DNA of 64,000 nt from Oikopleura dioica (taxonomy: Eukaryota; Animalia; Chordata), in NCBI GenBank assembly GCA_907165135.1, contig OU015569.1, forward strand, positions 6,882,001 through 6,946,000, read 5' to 3'. This document shows, piece after piece, positions 1-12,753 of the stretch. The notes under the pieces were generated by a model, which saw nothing but the letters and a program-made list of their open reading frames with translations, ran no database searches and was not told the origin of the DNA. Each line of letters opens with the position of its first letter. The stretch's first letter is position 1. Made by a program: the position numbers and the translations under genes.

Positions 1-70
1 ACCGGTCTATTAAAGAAATCTAGAAAGAAATCAAAGGGCCGCCCAAAAGAGAGCTGCGTGTGAGCAGCCA

Positions 71-3000
71 TGTCTCCGAGACTGCGCGGTGTCCAAAGTT
101 TTGAGTCGGTTCTGGCACCTAGGGAAACTCGGCCTCCTGAAAACTGAGCACACGTGTTTTGAGCCAGCAACCACTCACAAGCCTTATTTCCGATTTTTCT
201 TCTTTTTTTTCAAATGCGGCTTACGTACTTGGAAGATCCGGAGACATGGACGAAAGCATACGGAATATTGAAGAAGCTTGCGATAGAGACTAACAATTTG
301 TATCAAAAGAACAGTGACCAGTTTAAAAAAGTCCGGAACAATCGAAGGTTTGCTTATACAATCAACAAACCAGTTTATACCAATAAACCGCCAAAAAAGG
401 TATTAAATGTTGAGGTTAGTCACTGGAAAGAATTATTAATTAGGAAATTACTCTGCAGACAATCATCGACGATATAGATGAGCTTCTCCATGTTTGCAAG
501 CTCATCAAAGAAGCTCTCGACGGTCTTTTCGAAATTTTTTCACCGAAGCCAACGTACACAGATTTTCTGGAGCTTCTCTCGCAGAATACCGACTTTGATA
601 TCAATCAACATAAATATCGGTCGGATTGCATCATCCTCGCTGTGCTCCAGTATGAAAGAATATCTTTTTCGGTATTAAATTTGTATTCAAGTGATCTACT
701 TTTGTACGGCCTCGATAGTCTCCCAGATATTGTCCAAGAAAACCGAGTTCTTAGCCGTGGAGCTGCCCCATACATCGTGCTTTTCATATTTATTGAAGAT
801 CTCTGGAATAGCTTTTTACTCGACTTCGACGCTGGAATTGCTGAGCTGAAGAAAATCAAGGCCGGAATTCGCAATCGCTGCCGAGCGCACTTCAGCCGAC
901 AACTAGAGCCAATACAAATAACTAGAGTTGTCGGCGTCAAGTTAGCAGATATGATCCTGAAGAAAGCCTGGTCTGGACAAGGACAGTCGCCTCCCGATTT
1001 TTACTGGCAAGCAGGTCAGAATCCAGGGCTTTCTTGGGCCAAGCGTGGACTCACTCAAGGTTAGCTCCCATGATATTTCTTATGAAAATTATTTATTAGC
1101 TCTTCGAGGCGCGAAGAAAATCATCTATAAGTCATTATGTGTCTTCCAAGAAGGAGCCATAAAAAGTCACAAGAACTATCCTCTTCGACTGATCACAGCG
1201 AAGAGTTTCGTTAGAAAATGGGCCTTTCGACTTTCTCAGATGGTCAAGCCCAATCAACCCAGTGGATCGGATGATCGACACGATCACAAGACGATTGATC
1301 CGCGATTTCCTCTTCTTGCTGATAATGTGCGAAACCTAATGATGGGTCCCTTCTTCTCCAACAAGTTCAATGGACATTTTCGACCGATGGCCCGTGACGG
1401 TGATCAAATCGCTTTTCACGTTGAGCGGTTGATAGGTAAAAATTTGAAATCTCAAATTTCACATTTGAAAATCTAGGGCCGATTGTTGTCGGTGGAAGAA
1501 AGCCCAACGCCGCCGTTTATCGAGAGCGTGTTGTCGTTGTACAGAACTATGTGACAGGCGAATCCTTTACGCTGTCCTCCACATTTCCCGGAAGCGTGGA
1601 GAAAATCCTGTTTTCTGGTGACTGCATTGTCGTCTGGTCTGAGCCTACCTTCTCGAGGTTCTTACAATATTACTGGCAAAAGAAAAGCTGCGTGACTATT
1701 TGGTCCCGGAAGACTGGCGTCTTTCTACGAGTACTTGACTGGGACACAGAGGCACTTCACGCACGCTTTCCAGCAACAGAGATGTCCTTCAAATGTTTCT
1801 CCAACGAAATGAATGTAACAGCCTCGATAATGAATGTAATCATGTCGAAAGGAAGCAAAAATATCTGGGCGACATGGTCGGTGGTCCCTTTCCATTGCTC
1901 TTGCAAGAATGGAGTATGCTATCCAAACGAATTTTCTCATAGAAAAAGTAAACTTCTCGAGAAGACTGGGAAAATGTCTGTCAGGAAAGGATAAGAAGTT
2001 ACTAGTCTTCATGATAATCAAAGGGGATGTGCTGAATTGTGGCGCCCTGCGCCGCCTTGCGCCGCTCAGCGCCGCCCGGTCCGGAACCGATCGGCTCTCA
2101 TCCGGCCAAACCATGACCTACCAGTAGGAAACAGTTCTGAACAAGAGCGAGAGTTGGGCCCCCAACCCAATGAGTTCTCTTCCAGAAAATGCGCGCGTAA
2201 GGGCCTTTGATTCAGTGTCTCCCAATCAAAGTTAGGATAATGTTCAAAATTTCTTATTCTATAAAAGATTGAGTTCCAGCGGTTCGGCAAAGCCTTCTTT
2301 GGTCATCCTCGGCGAAGTTACCGCGTCAATTTCTCTGCGGAAGAGTAGAAACTTCTCTGCACGAGAATACTTCGCGTTCCACAAGCCTGACGACCGCAAT
2401 GTCGTGGAAAGCCAGTCGACTGGGAAAGCTCAGCCACTTGCGGATACATCGACCCAGTACTCGTTTCTCTATCTGGCGAAATGGACGGTGAAGAATGGGC
2501 TGGAAATGCTTTTAGATGAGCCGATTTCCGCTCATGCTGCAGGATTAGGCATCAACTGCCCACGATTCGATCGAGATGTTCCCGAAATCTTTGTTGTTCC
2601 CAAAAAGAACGATGATACTTGGATAAACATCATCACTCAGATTGAAAGAGTTGTGATCCAGGTAGCATCTCTTAGATATGATATCTATAAGCGACTCCTA
2701 TTTTAGGTCCACTCATGGGACGAGAAAAACTTTGATGGGACAATTCATCTTCGCTGGCGTCTGAATATGCAACATCTAAGTCCCTCTATGAAGATGATCG
2801 GAGACGAACGACAATTCTATCTTCCTGGAGCACAGATTCGGGGAATCGGCTGGAAAATCGAATACTGTGAGAAAGCAGACAACATGCGACTACGGGTGAA
2901 TTTCGAAGCATGTAAGTTACCAAAATGACAACTAGTATTATGATTGAAACTTTCAATATATTTAGCGCTGATTGAACGGAAGGCAAGAAAAGAAACAGTC

Positions 3001-3831
3001 GACAAAGATGGAGACTTCGTTCGGGTCAGCGTCGAGTTTTTGGAAAAATGGCGGGATTTCGATAAAGTTGTCGAAAAGCTAAAAAAATACGACCCGGATA
3101 GAGAAGGGCGAGTTATCGAACAGTTCAGCTTGTCTGAGATGAGTTTGAACGCAGAGGCAAAGAGCATAGACACGCGAATGATCCTGCAGGAAAACTCGGG
3201 CGATAGGGATGACGAGGAGTTTTGCGAAGTTTTGGCAAGTGACGGCTACGATTGGGTTCGGGCGGAAAACAGAGACGAGGCGATGAGCGATTATGCAAGA
3301 GGAGCCAATCGACCACAAGCAATTTGGTGGGACGAGACACTCGGCACTGATGCTGCCTTTTGGGTCGACGATGACCTCAATCTCTGTGCGAAAGGGAAGG
3401 TTGATTGATTCGATACTACATCAGATTGTGCAGGTGGTTCAGCCTTTGCGATTGAGGCGTTGATGTACCCTTCGCCCGGACTTTAGGAGTGAACTACCTA
3501 TTCAATCCACTCTAGTACGAAATTGTCAGCTTATTTTATTCAACCATTCAAAAGGTGAGGTTTCCCTCCAAAACGTTGGTCTGGGGAAGATAAAGAAGAG
3601 AATCGCTGTGTTGACCGGAAAAGCAGACGTTCTTCAATTGGACATTCTCAAATGGTGCATTAACGAAACTCACGTAAGTTCCTTTGAACGTACTGAAAAA
3701 ATGCTTCCCTGTAGCTATACCACGAGAGTCTCGGAGGGGAAGTGCAGAATTCAATTGTCGCATGTCCACCAGAAATGCATCCTCGGGTCTTTGCTCATGG
3801 CATATTCACGAAGAATGACGATAAAGTCTAG
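71..3831 (+). CDS. Multi-exon protein of unknown function (possibly two genes; 5' end uncertain, may begin before the window)
   Basis: A chain of + ORF segments (460-1064, 1045-1476, 1480-1990, 2269-2706, 2708-3408, 3590-3831) is separated by short AT-rich intron-like gaps. The last exon reads LYHESLGGEVQNSIVACPPEMHPRVFAHGIFTKNDDKV* after gtaagt...ctgtag. No family recognised. Confidence 0.55.
2024..2223. mobile_element. 200 bp MITE-like non-autonomous element in an intron
   Basis: Flanked by an exact 8 bp direct repeat AATCAAAG (2016-2023, 2224-2231). Ends GGGATGTGCTGAAT and ATTCAGTGTCTCCC form an imperfect inverted repeat (10/14). The interior is GC-rich with four GCGCC motifs. Confidence 0.75.
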
Positions 3832-4335
3832 ATTTATACTTCTACTTGTTAAATCTGTACGTCTACTACTATTTTATATATTTTTACTGTTTCCTTACTT
3901 CCATCCGTTGCATTTTTTCCTTTAATCTTTCCATAAATCAACAAGTAAAAGACTTAAAATTTATAAATTGTAAGACAAGTTCTATAAAAATTCTCGTTTG
4001 AAATGGTTTTCCAATATTTAAAATACTATTTCACTTCGGCCCAGTTACTGTTTATGATGAATAATTAAAAACCATGCATACCAACTTTGTTCTTTTTTAT
4101 TCATATTTCTTGATTTTATTTTCATTTTCTTCAACTAAAACAGATTGTCTCTTTTCTCTTCTTCATCGCAAAGGTAGATCTTCCAGTTTACCTTGTCCTC
4201 CGGGCACGTAACTAAGCGTGAGAACTTTCACACGGTGGTCATCATTACTGAATAAGATGAAGCGCGGATGTAAGAGAAGAGTAAGAATGAGAGCGAAACA
4301 TAGCAGATTCTAAGAAAAAGACATTAGATTTGAAA

Positions 4336-7171
4336 ATGGACTCGCTGGAGCTTTTTGGGGAGATTCTGGAGCCTCAAAACAACTGGGAAAACAATTGGGA
4401 TGAGGAGTGCGACCGTGAGGTGGCCGCTGTCACTTGGAAGGTTGAAACGGAGCCCCTTGTCAAGAAATCATCGCAAAAATCAAAATTGAAATCACTTTCA
4501 AAAAAGATTTCTGCCTCTGCTCCTCAGCTAGAATTTCATTCCACAGAGCCGAAGGAACCGCCGTTGCTTTTCTCCTGCAGTAGATGTCTTTTCATGTGCT
4601 CGGACAAGAACTTCCTCGTCGCGCATTCAATTATTGAGCATGAAGAATCCTGCACCGAGTTCAGCAAAGGCGACGAGAAAGAAGTCTTTGTAGAGAGGAG
4701 CGAAGCAGCCAAGAAAATTATCGCGGTTGTGAAACATGTGATCATGGAATCCATCACAAGAGCCAGATGCGACACGGAAATCATTCTTGAAGAGGCAAAT
4801 GAGGCTCAACTTGTGTCCATGAATGATATTGCTAGATCGATCGTCGATTCTACCGTCACCGTCGAGCCAGAAGCCTGTTCGGATGAGCATGGTGCCGACA
4901 ATGTGTTTAATTCGTCGCTCGGTTCGGAGCGCGACTTGGAAGAAATGCTCCCTTCTCAAGCAAAAAGACGCAAAAAAGCACAGCCACGAAAGTTGCAGAT
5001 TGAAAATGAAGATTTGAACGACACTACGAACAAGTCACAATTCGCTCAGGCCTCCGATGTGGTGACGCTAGTTGAGGCGCGGGATCCTGAATCGGACGAT
5101 GAAAAAGCTCCTAACAATACTACCTCTTTTATTGACTCTTTCACCGGTTTAACTAAACCTCTCTGCCCTTTATGTCATCAAGAGTTCGATAGTCAAATGC
5201 ATTTGGGCACCCACTTGGAAGATATCCACATGAGTTGGATTTCGCCGCAAATGACCTTATACACTGATAGCTCTAATAGTATTCCAATCGTGCCCTTTTC
5301 GTCGATCACTGCTGGGTCAACACAGCATTCGCAAGGTAAATCCTCAAGCAGAAAATTCGTTTTTTAAATAAATTTTAGGCGCGATGGAACCCTGGAGATT
5401 ACGGCACGGTCGCAGTTGTAACAAAAACTCGTCAAAAAAGACGAAAAACTGGCGCAATATCAAGTGCAATCTCTGCATAAAAAAACCGAAAATGTCCCTA
5501 TCGGAATTCAAGACGCACATGACCAATACCCATCATTACCGCAGAGCCTATTGCTGCCATCAATGCTCTACTTCTTTCAAAAGTCTCGAAGCATTCGTCG
5601 AGCACAATCGAATTCATGAGCAAAGAGTAATCAAACCAACTTGTGGCGATTTTTAACTCATTTTTAGCCGTTTTCCTGCGATGTCTGTGACTTGACCTTC
5701 AAAACTAAGCGAGAACAGAACGAACACCGACGAAGCGAAAGCCACCAAAAAGCGATCTTAGAACAAGGTCAGCCAGATAACGTCGACATTGTCTACGAAG
5801 AAACCTCGCCGATAAAATGTCCGAGCTGTGATTTCCGCTGTCATGAGATGTCCTTGCTGGCAAAACACTTGCGTGAAGAATCCCACTTTCATCCTTGTGA
5901 ATATCAGGGCTGTAACGGGTTTTTCAGGTCAAAAGAAAATCTCACTAATCATATTGCGACTGCTCACGAAGGACATGGAGGTTCGGCCATTTTTTTGACC
6001 TGAGTATGATTTTTTTTAGCTTTCTTGTGTGATCTATGTGGGAAATCCTTCCGTCTACATGCTACTCTTTTACGCCATAAAGGCCGAAATCATAATCAGA
6101 AGAATATCAAGAAATGTTCGTTCTGTCCTGCTCAGTTTGCTGACAACTACAAGCTCACTCGACACATTAGGTCGATCCACTCGAAGGAAAAACCCTTCAA
6201 ATGCGATTTTCCCGGATGCGATAAAGCTTTTGCTCGGAAAGATAAGCTACAGGCAAGAATCGTCCATATTCTATTTCATTAAGGTCTTTTTAGGACCACA
6301 AATGGAGTCACTCAAAGTCAAAAATGTTTATTTGTCATGTTTGCGACCGAGCGTATCTCCGCCCCGACTGTCTAAAAGCACATGAAAAGATTCATCTAGC
6401 GACCTTCAAGCATCTCACTTGTCACTTGTGCGACGCAAAGTTCCAAACAAAAGAGCTTTACAGTCGTCATCTAAAGAGCTTACACGATGTCGACATTGAG
6501 GACAATGTTAAGCGTAAACGGACAAAGTCGCGAAAGAGTCAAAATGAAAAGAAAGCCCCTGTAATTGTATCCAACGAGAAGAGCATTGCTAGCGATATTT
6601 TGGTATCCGCGATTGCGAGCCAGGTGATTCTTTAGTTTTCTTTATTTTGAGTAAAAATTTGTTTAGTTAAGCATACCGGAAGTGTTTCCACCACGTATTC
6701 CCAATTTCGAAAGCGAAATTCCCGTCTCCAACTCTCAGTACACTCTGACCGTAAACAAAGCGCGCTTAACTGACTTGCAACCAGTCGAAGTGCTTGTTGG
6801 TGGCTCTGGCGCTGTGCAATCTATTCATCCCGTCAATTTGAAATTCCCCAAGTTGGATTCTATTTCTCATCCATCTATTTCACAGCCCTCAGAGGAGGCG
6901 AATAATTCTAATTCCTGCTCACCGACCATCCTGCAGCCTGTTCAAAGATTGCAGCCAGTGGAAACCCCTGATGCCCCACAGTTCAGGTTTTTCGCCACTC
7001 ACTTTCCTCCCAATAACACTTTTTAGTCACTTTAGTTTGGCTGACGACAACTGGACTCACACCGATCCTTCTATTTTCCTCAATAGTCGCCCTTCGATGG
7101 TTTCTGTTGATTCAAAGTTCATTGACCCATCTCGTTCCAACAACTTTTTGGCGTCTCCAAAGTCTGAATAA
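4336..7171 (+). CDS. Multi-C2H2 zinc-finger protein
   Basis: Many C-x2-C...H-x3/4-H fingers across exons, e.g. CDLCGKSFRLHATLLRHKGRNH, CSFCPAQFADNYKLTRHIRSIH, KPFKCDFPGCDKAFARKDKLQDHKWSH. The N-terminal exon is acidic. Confidence 0.92.
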
Positions 7172-7245
7172 ACTCCCATTCTTATTCTGAACGCAATTGT
7201 TTTTACTTAGGCTTAGAGTGCTTAGGAATCGAAATCGAATATGAA

Positions 7246-10200
7246 ATGTCGGACTCGTCATTACACGATATTAACAAGAAGAGGACAGCCGATGACAGAG
7301 TTGAGATAAACTTCGTGCTTCCCGATGGAGGGAATATCTATGTAAGCTTTCCCAGGACTACCAGATTAAAATTTGTTTCAAGCGAGAGTACTCAGTTACT
7401 CAGACGCTCGAAGAGGCGCTTGATGATGTCTGGGATGCTGGGGGCGAAGAAGAGATATGGAAGAGTTTTGTTATTGAAGTGGAAGAACTTTATTCGAGTG
7501 ACGAGGAAGCTGATGAGAACGAGTTTGAGTTTTTTTCTTCGTCTTCCGAGTCTGAATCAGAGCCAGAGCCCGAAGAGGAATCAATTCAGTCGATGGACAG
7601 TGAACTCAGAGATGAGGTGCACCCGGTTCTGAATTCCATGTTCAACCCATATCATAACACCTTGGTCACACTAACTGGTAGACCTTACATTCCAAAGTCT
7701 CCTGAGCCACCGAAGGAGGAGAAACAAAAACTCTATCGCTACGTGAAAAAAAGTGACGTACGATTACGAGCTGTCACAAAAAGCAACTTCAAAATAAAGG
7801 AGTTTAAAGGCGATGAGATGCAAATTCAGATTCAATCTTTGGACTTGTTTGAATTCCTTGTACGCGTCAGTTTCGCAGAGAGCAACTCAGAAAACCATGA
7901 TCGAGAAGCTCAAGAAGCCACAATCAACAAAATCATAGGAAACAAGCAAATGGCCGACTACAACAAATATGTGGTTTCTTATGAGGATCCCGAAGACGAT
8001 AAAAAACTTCTTTGTGAGCGGCTGAATGATCCCCACTACTCTCTCCATATGATGAGGCGACACCTGATCGATTTTTGCGAGAAGGAGAAAACTCAGGTTA
8101 GTAAATAGATAGAAACTATGTGTGGAGATTGTAACTAAGATTATAGCTTCGAGACGACGATAATAAGAATCCTCTTTGTGGATGGAATCGCGATTTTGGT
8201 GCGCGAAAAGTGCAGAATGTCATCCAAGCTCAATACTTTACGCGATCTTGGTGCAACCAGAAAGATAATGAGCAGACCTACGTGAACGCAAGAATCTATC
8301 TCCGACATTGGGTAGAGGATATGCCATACGAAGAGGCAAAACTGAGCTTCGAGTTGACGATTCGCTTCTCTCGATTCGAAAAGACTGCGAAAGAACGTCC
8401 TACTGTAGTGCTGGATCTCCTCGAAGATGTAAATAACAGTCCGTTTTACAAACGAAATGTGGCTTTACAGCGCTATTTGCCAGTTCGAAACGGGCTCGAT
8501 TTTTTCATCGTCGCTGGAAAAATGGAAATTCTGCTACCACTCACAGAAAAAGTGCGCAATTTCACGTCGATTCAGATCGGCAAATTCGAACAAGTAAACT
8601 TGTATCTTTGTCGAGGACTGGACAAAATGGTGCCTAATTACTTTCCTTGGAATCCAGGGAACATGCATAACGATAACCTCACGGTGAATAACATTGTTCT
8701 TGAAAACCCATATGATGGTTCAACTTTGCAAGAGAGTAAACAAAGGAGTGTTTTTCTATCTAACTCGCTATTTTGGGAAAGATGAAGATTTATAAAACAT
8801 AATAAAGTAAATACAAGCACGCCCTCGCAATGCGTATCATGACCACACAAGACATTCCTTACAATGTTGCCCATGAAATTTACTACAAAGTAGCAGTTAT
8901 CAATGGCAGAAAAATTCTAGCATCTCAACTCGACCAAAACTTCGGACAAACAACCCTTGCCTCATTTTTAAAGCCTTACTTTCGCTTCAAAAACCTCATC
9001 TTCGCCGATCTGCCTCAAGAATTATGGATAGAAAGTTTTAAAAACTTTTAATAAATTATTAAAAACAACGCTCGTTTTTATGCTTTCAAGAACTATTCTT
9101 TATCCAAATCAGCCACAATGATCTCAATTTCATTCTATGTTCGTCAAATAGGACCTGGTCAGACCAAGTTAGGACCACCAACACTTGGCGGCTTCACGAA
9201 CTTCAAGCTCTTCAATCAGTTTGGAGTATGCCACGTGAGGGAAAACTTCGACATCAAGCTCAACAGACTGGCTGAAGAGAATATCCCTCTTGACTTTCTA
9301 GATACCGCCTTCATCAGAGACAACGAAGGTGCTTTGTTCTTTATTGGAAATGTGGGAGATAGTCCATCCGAAATCACGGTCAGAATCTCGCTTGATGACC
9401 AAAAGATGAAAGAACAAAGAGTTAGAGAGCTTGTGTATCACTGTAATCAAGAAGATGCCCCGCCATGCATGCGTAGGAACTCGCTCATTGTAGATGAGCC
9501 AGAGGATCCGGAAGTCAAACATTCACTAAAAGAGACGCATGACACGTCTGCGGCCAGTAGTGAGCTTACTCTTGAGCGAGATGTTCTCAGTGAGTCCACG
9601 AATAAAGGAACGGATAGACAATGCTTCTTAAGTAAAATCCCGATAACCAGTACCAAAAGTCATCCATGGATAGCACTGAAGGCGGAGCGTGAAACCCACC
9701 TAATTCAAATTCGAAAAACTCTTGGAATCATCGACTCGAGCATCGGTCCATTCAGCGTGAACGTCGATAAAAAGAAAACAAGCCAGACAGATGCTATACT
9801 CCGTGAGATTCGGGAGAGTAGGCTTTTGCAAGAAGAGATTATTAAAAGCATGCCTCATCAGATCCACAAGTATATTCAAGCATTCAGCAGCGCCGAACAT
9901 TCCAAAGAACTTTACAAAGCTCTGGACCGCTGGAATCTTGCAAAACTCTCGCCTGAGACTTTTCTGCCACTTTTGAGTCAGGTAAATTGCGTTGATTGTT
10001 CAACCGTCATCGGGTAATTATAGAAAATCATTTCACTGATTTAACTGCTCAGTGTGTATGATTTACCACGATTACAAAATGATGGAAGGAAAACAAAAAA
10101 AACTTGGTTTAGACTAAACTTTCGAGTAAGGGAAACATGCCTGTGAGCCTTGAGAATGAGGCAGTATATATTATCAGCTTCTTTAGTTTTATCAGTAGAC

Positions 10201-12580
10201 TGCGATATTATGAGAATGTGACGTTGTAAATATCTTTGCTCCTGCTAATCAAATTTTGTTCAGGACTTCATCGACCCGATCGTTAGGTGCTGGGCAATCA
10301 TGCAACTAGACAAGTACTCGGACGCTCAACTTGAAGAACTGCTTCTCCAAATTGTGCACTTATTAAAATACGAGCCATATCATGACATAACGCTGAGTCC
10401 TGAAGGCGTAACAGTCCTCGGGCGCATGAACCTTCCTCGCTTCCTTCTTCAGCGTTCTATGAGAAATCGTCGTTTCGGTACGGATCGCACATTTTTTCAG
10501 TAAAATAGATCGCCATTTGAGTAATAGATTTTAAATGATAAAGTTTCTCTATGAGTATCAGTCTGTGAGATCTCATTGATATGCCCATTTTTTGTATTGG
10601 CACTTGCGTCGTGAATGCGAACAGCTTTATGCGCGTGAATTAGGCAGCGAACTCGGAACTCCCTACATTGCCAACAGCCATCAATTGGAGAGGTTTTTCT
10701 TTACAGGTTAGTTTTTCGCTCGTTTAGCAAATAAAACTGGGGCGTAACCTTTTTACTCCCACTGGAGAGCTTGAACTTGTTAATTAAGTGATAATGGAGT
10801 GCTTGCTGAAATTTGGAGGCCAATACTTCCATAACCCGCACAGAAATTACAAAACGCCAGAGCTAGTGAGAAGTCATCTATATAAGCAAGTGCACTTTTG
10901 GGAGCAAATTATCAGTCTTCACAATCACTACATGCACTATGCTGATGCGATTGAGCGAATTAAGAAGGCCTTTATGTAGAGTTCTATGACAATGCTTCTT
11001 TTGTATTATATATTTTGAAAGATTAATATAGAACATCTAAAGTGAGAACAAAGAGTATAAAAAGTGCGATTGGGAGTGCCTTGTTAATCCACTTGAGCCA
11101 GAAATGTTGCTCATGGATCTGAACATGGAAAAGATGAAGATGTTTTCCTCGGCGCGTAAACCTATTCTGCTTCCCTGGGTGAATGCCTCTCTTATTTTCA
11201 AAGAAGGCGATGATCTGCGACAAGATGTCCTCGGCTTACAGATTATCCGTTGCATGGACACTGCTTGGAAAAGCAGACGATCACACAGACACAAAAGACC
11301 TGAAAGAGCTAATATTATATTAGACCTAAATATGACCACTTATCAAGTGTTGGGTAAGTAATCATCATTTATCTACCTCACTTCTTTATCCTTGTTCAGC
11401 CACTCCTAAGTGCTTAACAAAAGACTACTCTCTTGATGGCTTTCGTCAATATGGTTTCATTCAAATGGTGCCTGGTGAAACCCTCTCTTCAATCAACGAG
11501 ACGTACGGCAAGACAATGGGCTACATAAGAAGTGGCACATTTGGCATGAAGGAATTCTTAGACGGCATGTCAGTCAAAAATCCTGAACATAAGCATCAGC
11601 ACGTGACAAACGAGCACTTGTATTGGGCCTTCATGAATTCGTTAGCAGGCTCTACGGGTACTTCATTTTGAAATAAATGATAAACTATCAATTACTCATT
11701 CAGTGGCAACTTTTGTTATCGGAATTAGAGATCGCCACAATGACAACATCATGATTGGACTCCAAGGGGAAATATTCCACATCGATTACGGGCACATTCT
11801 AGACCACCGGAAGAAGAAGCTCGGCTATGATCGTGAGCCGCACGAATTCATTCTTACCACAGATTTTGTGAAGGTGTTTGCACATGGCCCCGACAAGGAT
11901 CTCATACGAAAGGAACTCGGTGTAATTCCCTTTGAAATCGAATTATTATAATTCATAGTCGATATTCAACCGCAGCGAAAAAGGCTGACCTTTTTATCAT
12001 TTCCATTTATTGACTATCGTGGGGTCATCTGACGCATTCTATATGAATATTTCATGTGACCCTTGTTTCACTTTTTTCGCTACAGCACTAACAAGAGACG
12101 TAGAATCATTAGTGTTCTCAAGTAAGGCCCAATTTTATCCGCCAAAAATAGATCTTCGTGGAGAAATGTATCTGGGCATACGAGAGAGTGCTGGAAAGAA
12201 GACACGATTTGAAACTGAGATTTTTGATGTTGGTCAACGCAGATTTGCCAGAGCTAAAATATGCAGACTTGCAATACTTAGATCAAAAACTAGGCTACGA
12301 CATGTCTGAGCACGAAGAGGTAAGACGAGGACTTCCTTTTTACAATTCTTATAACATTAAAGATGACTCAAATGTTTCCGCTTTGTTAATTTGCCAAGTA
12401 AGCCTTTTCTAATCAGCTATGCATTAGTGTGGGCATAAGTGGGAGGAACACAAAGAGGTGCTGGTCTCAGCCTTTAGGAGGAAAATGAATGAGTATATGA
12501 GCAACAGAGGAATGAGACTGATCATGAACTTCATCGCCCACGACGTGCGCAAGAAGATCAAACAAACCCTCAAGATCTAA
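7246..12580 (+). CDS. PIK3C: Divergent class I phosphoinositide 3-kinase catalytic subunit (p110-like)
   Basis: Motifs: ABD-like start EINFVLPDG, MFSSARKP, IFKEGDDLRQD, GIRDRHNDNIMI, HIDYGHILDHRKKKLGYDRE, and C-terminal MNFIAHDVRKK*. C2 and helical-domain-like exons lie upstream. Confidence 0.9.
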
Positions 12581-12753
12581 GATATTTAACATAAAGAAAA
12601 ACTGACGGCAAACTTAAAAACTCGACGCTGCTGAAAAATTCAATTTAGTTCGATCCTTATTTTGCTATAATAATTCTACGTATCACTCCGAAATACATTC
12701 CGAAAAGAAAATTCATTAACTTGAAATGATAATCTGACCGTTGAGAATTAAGA

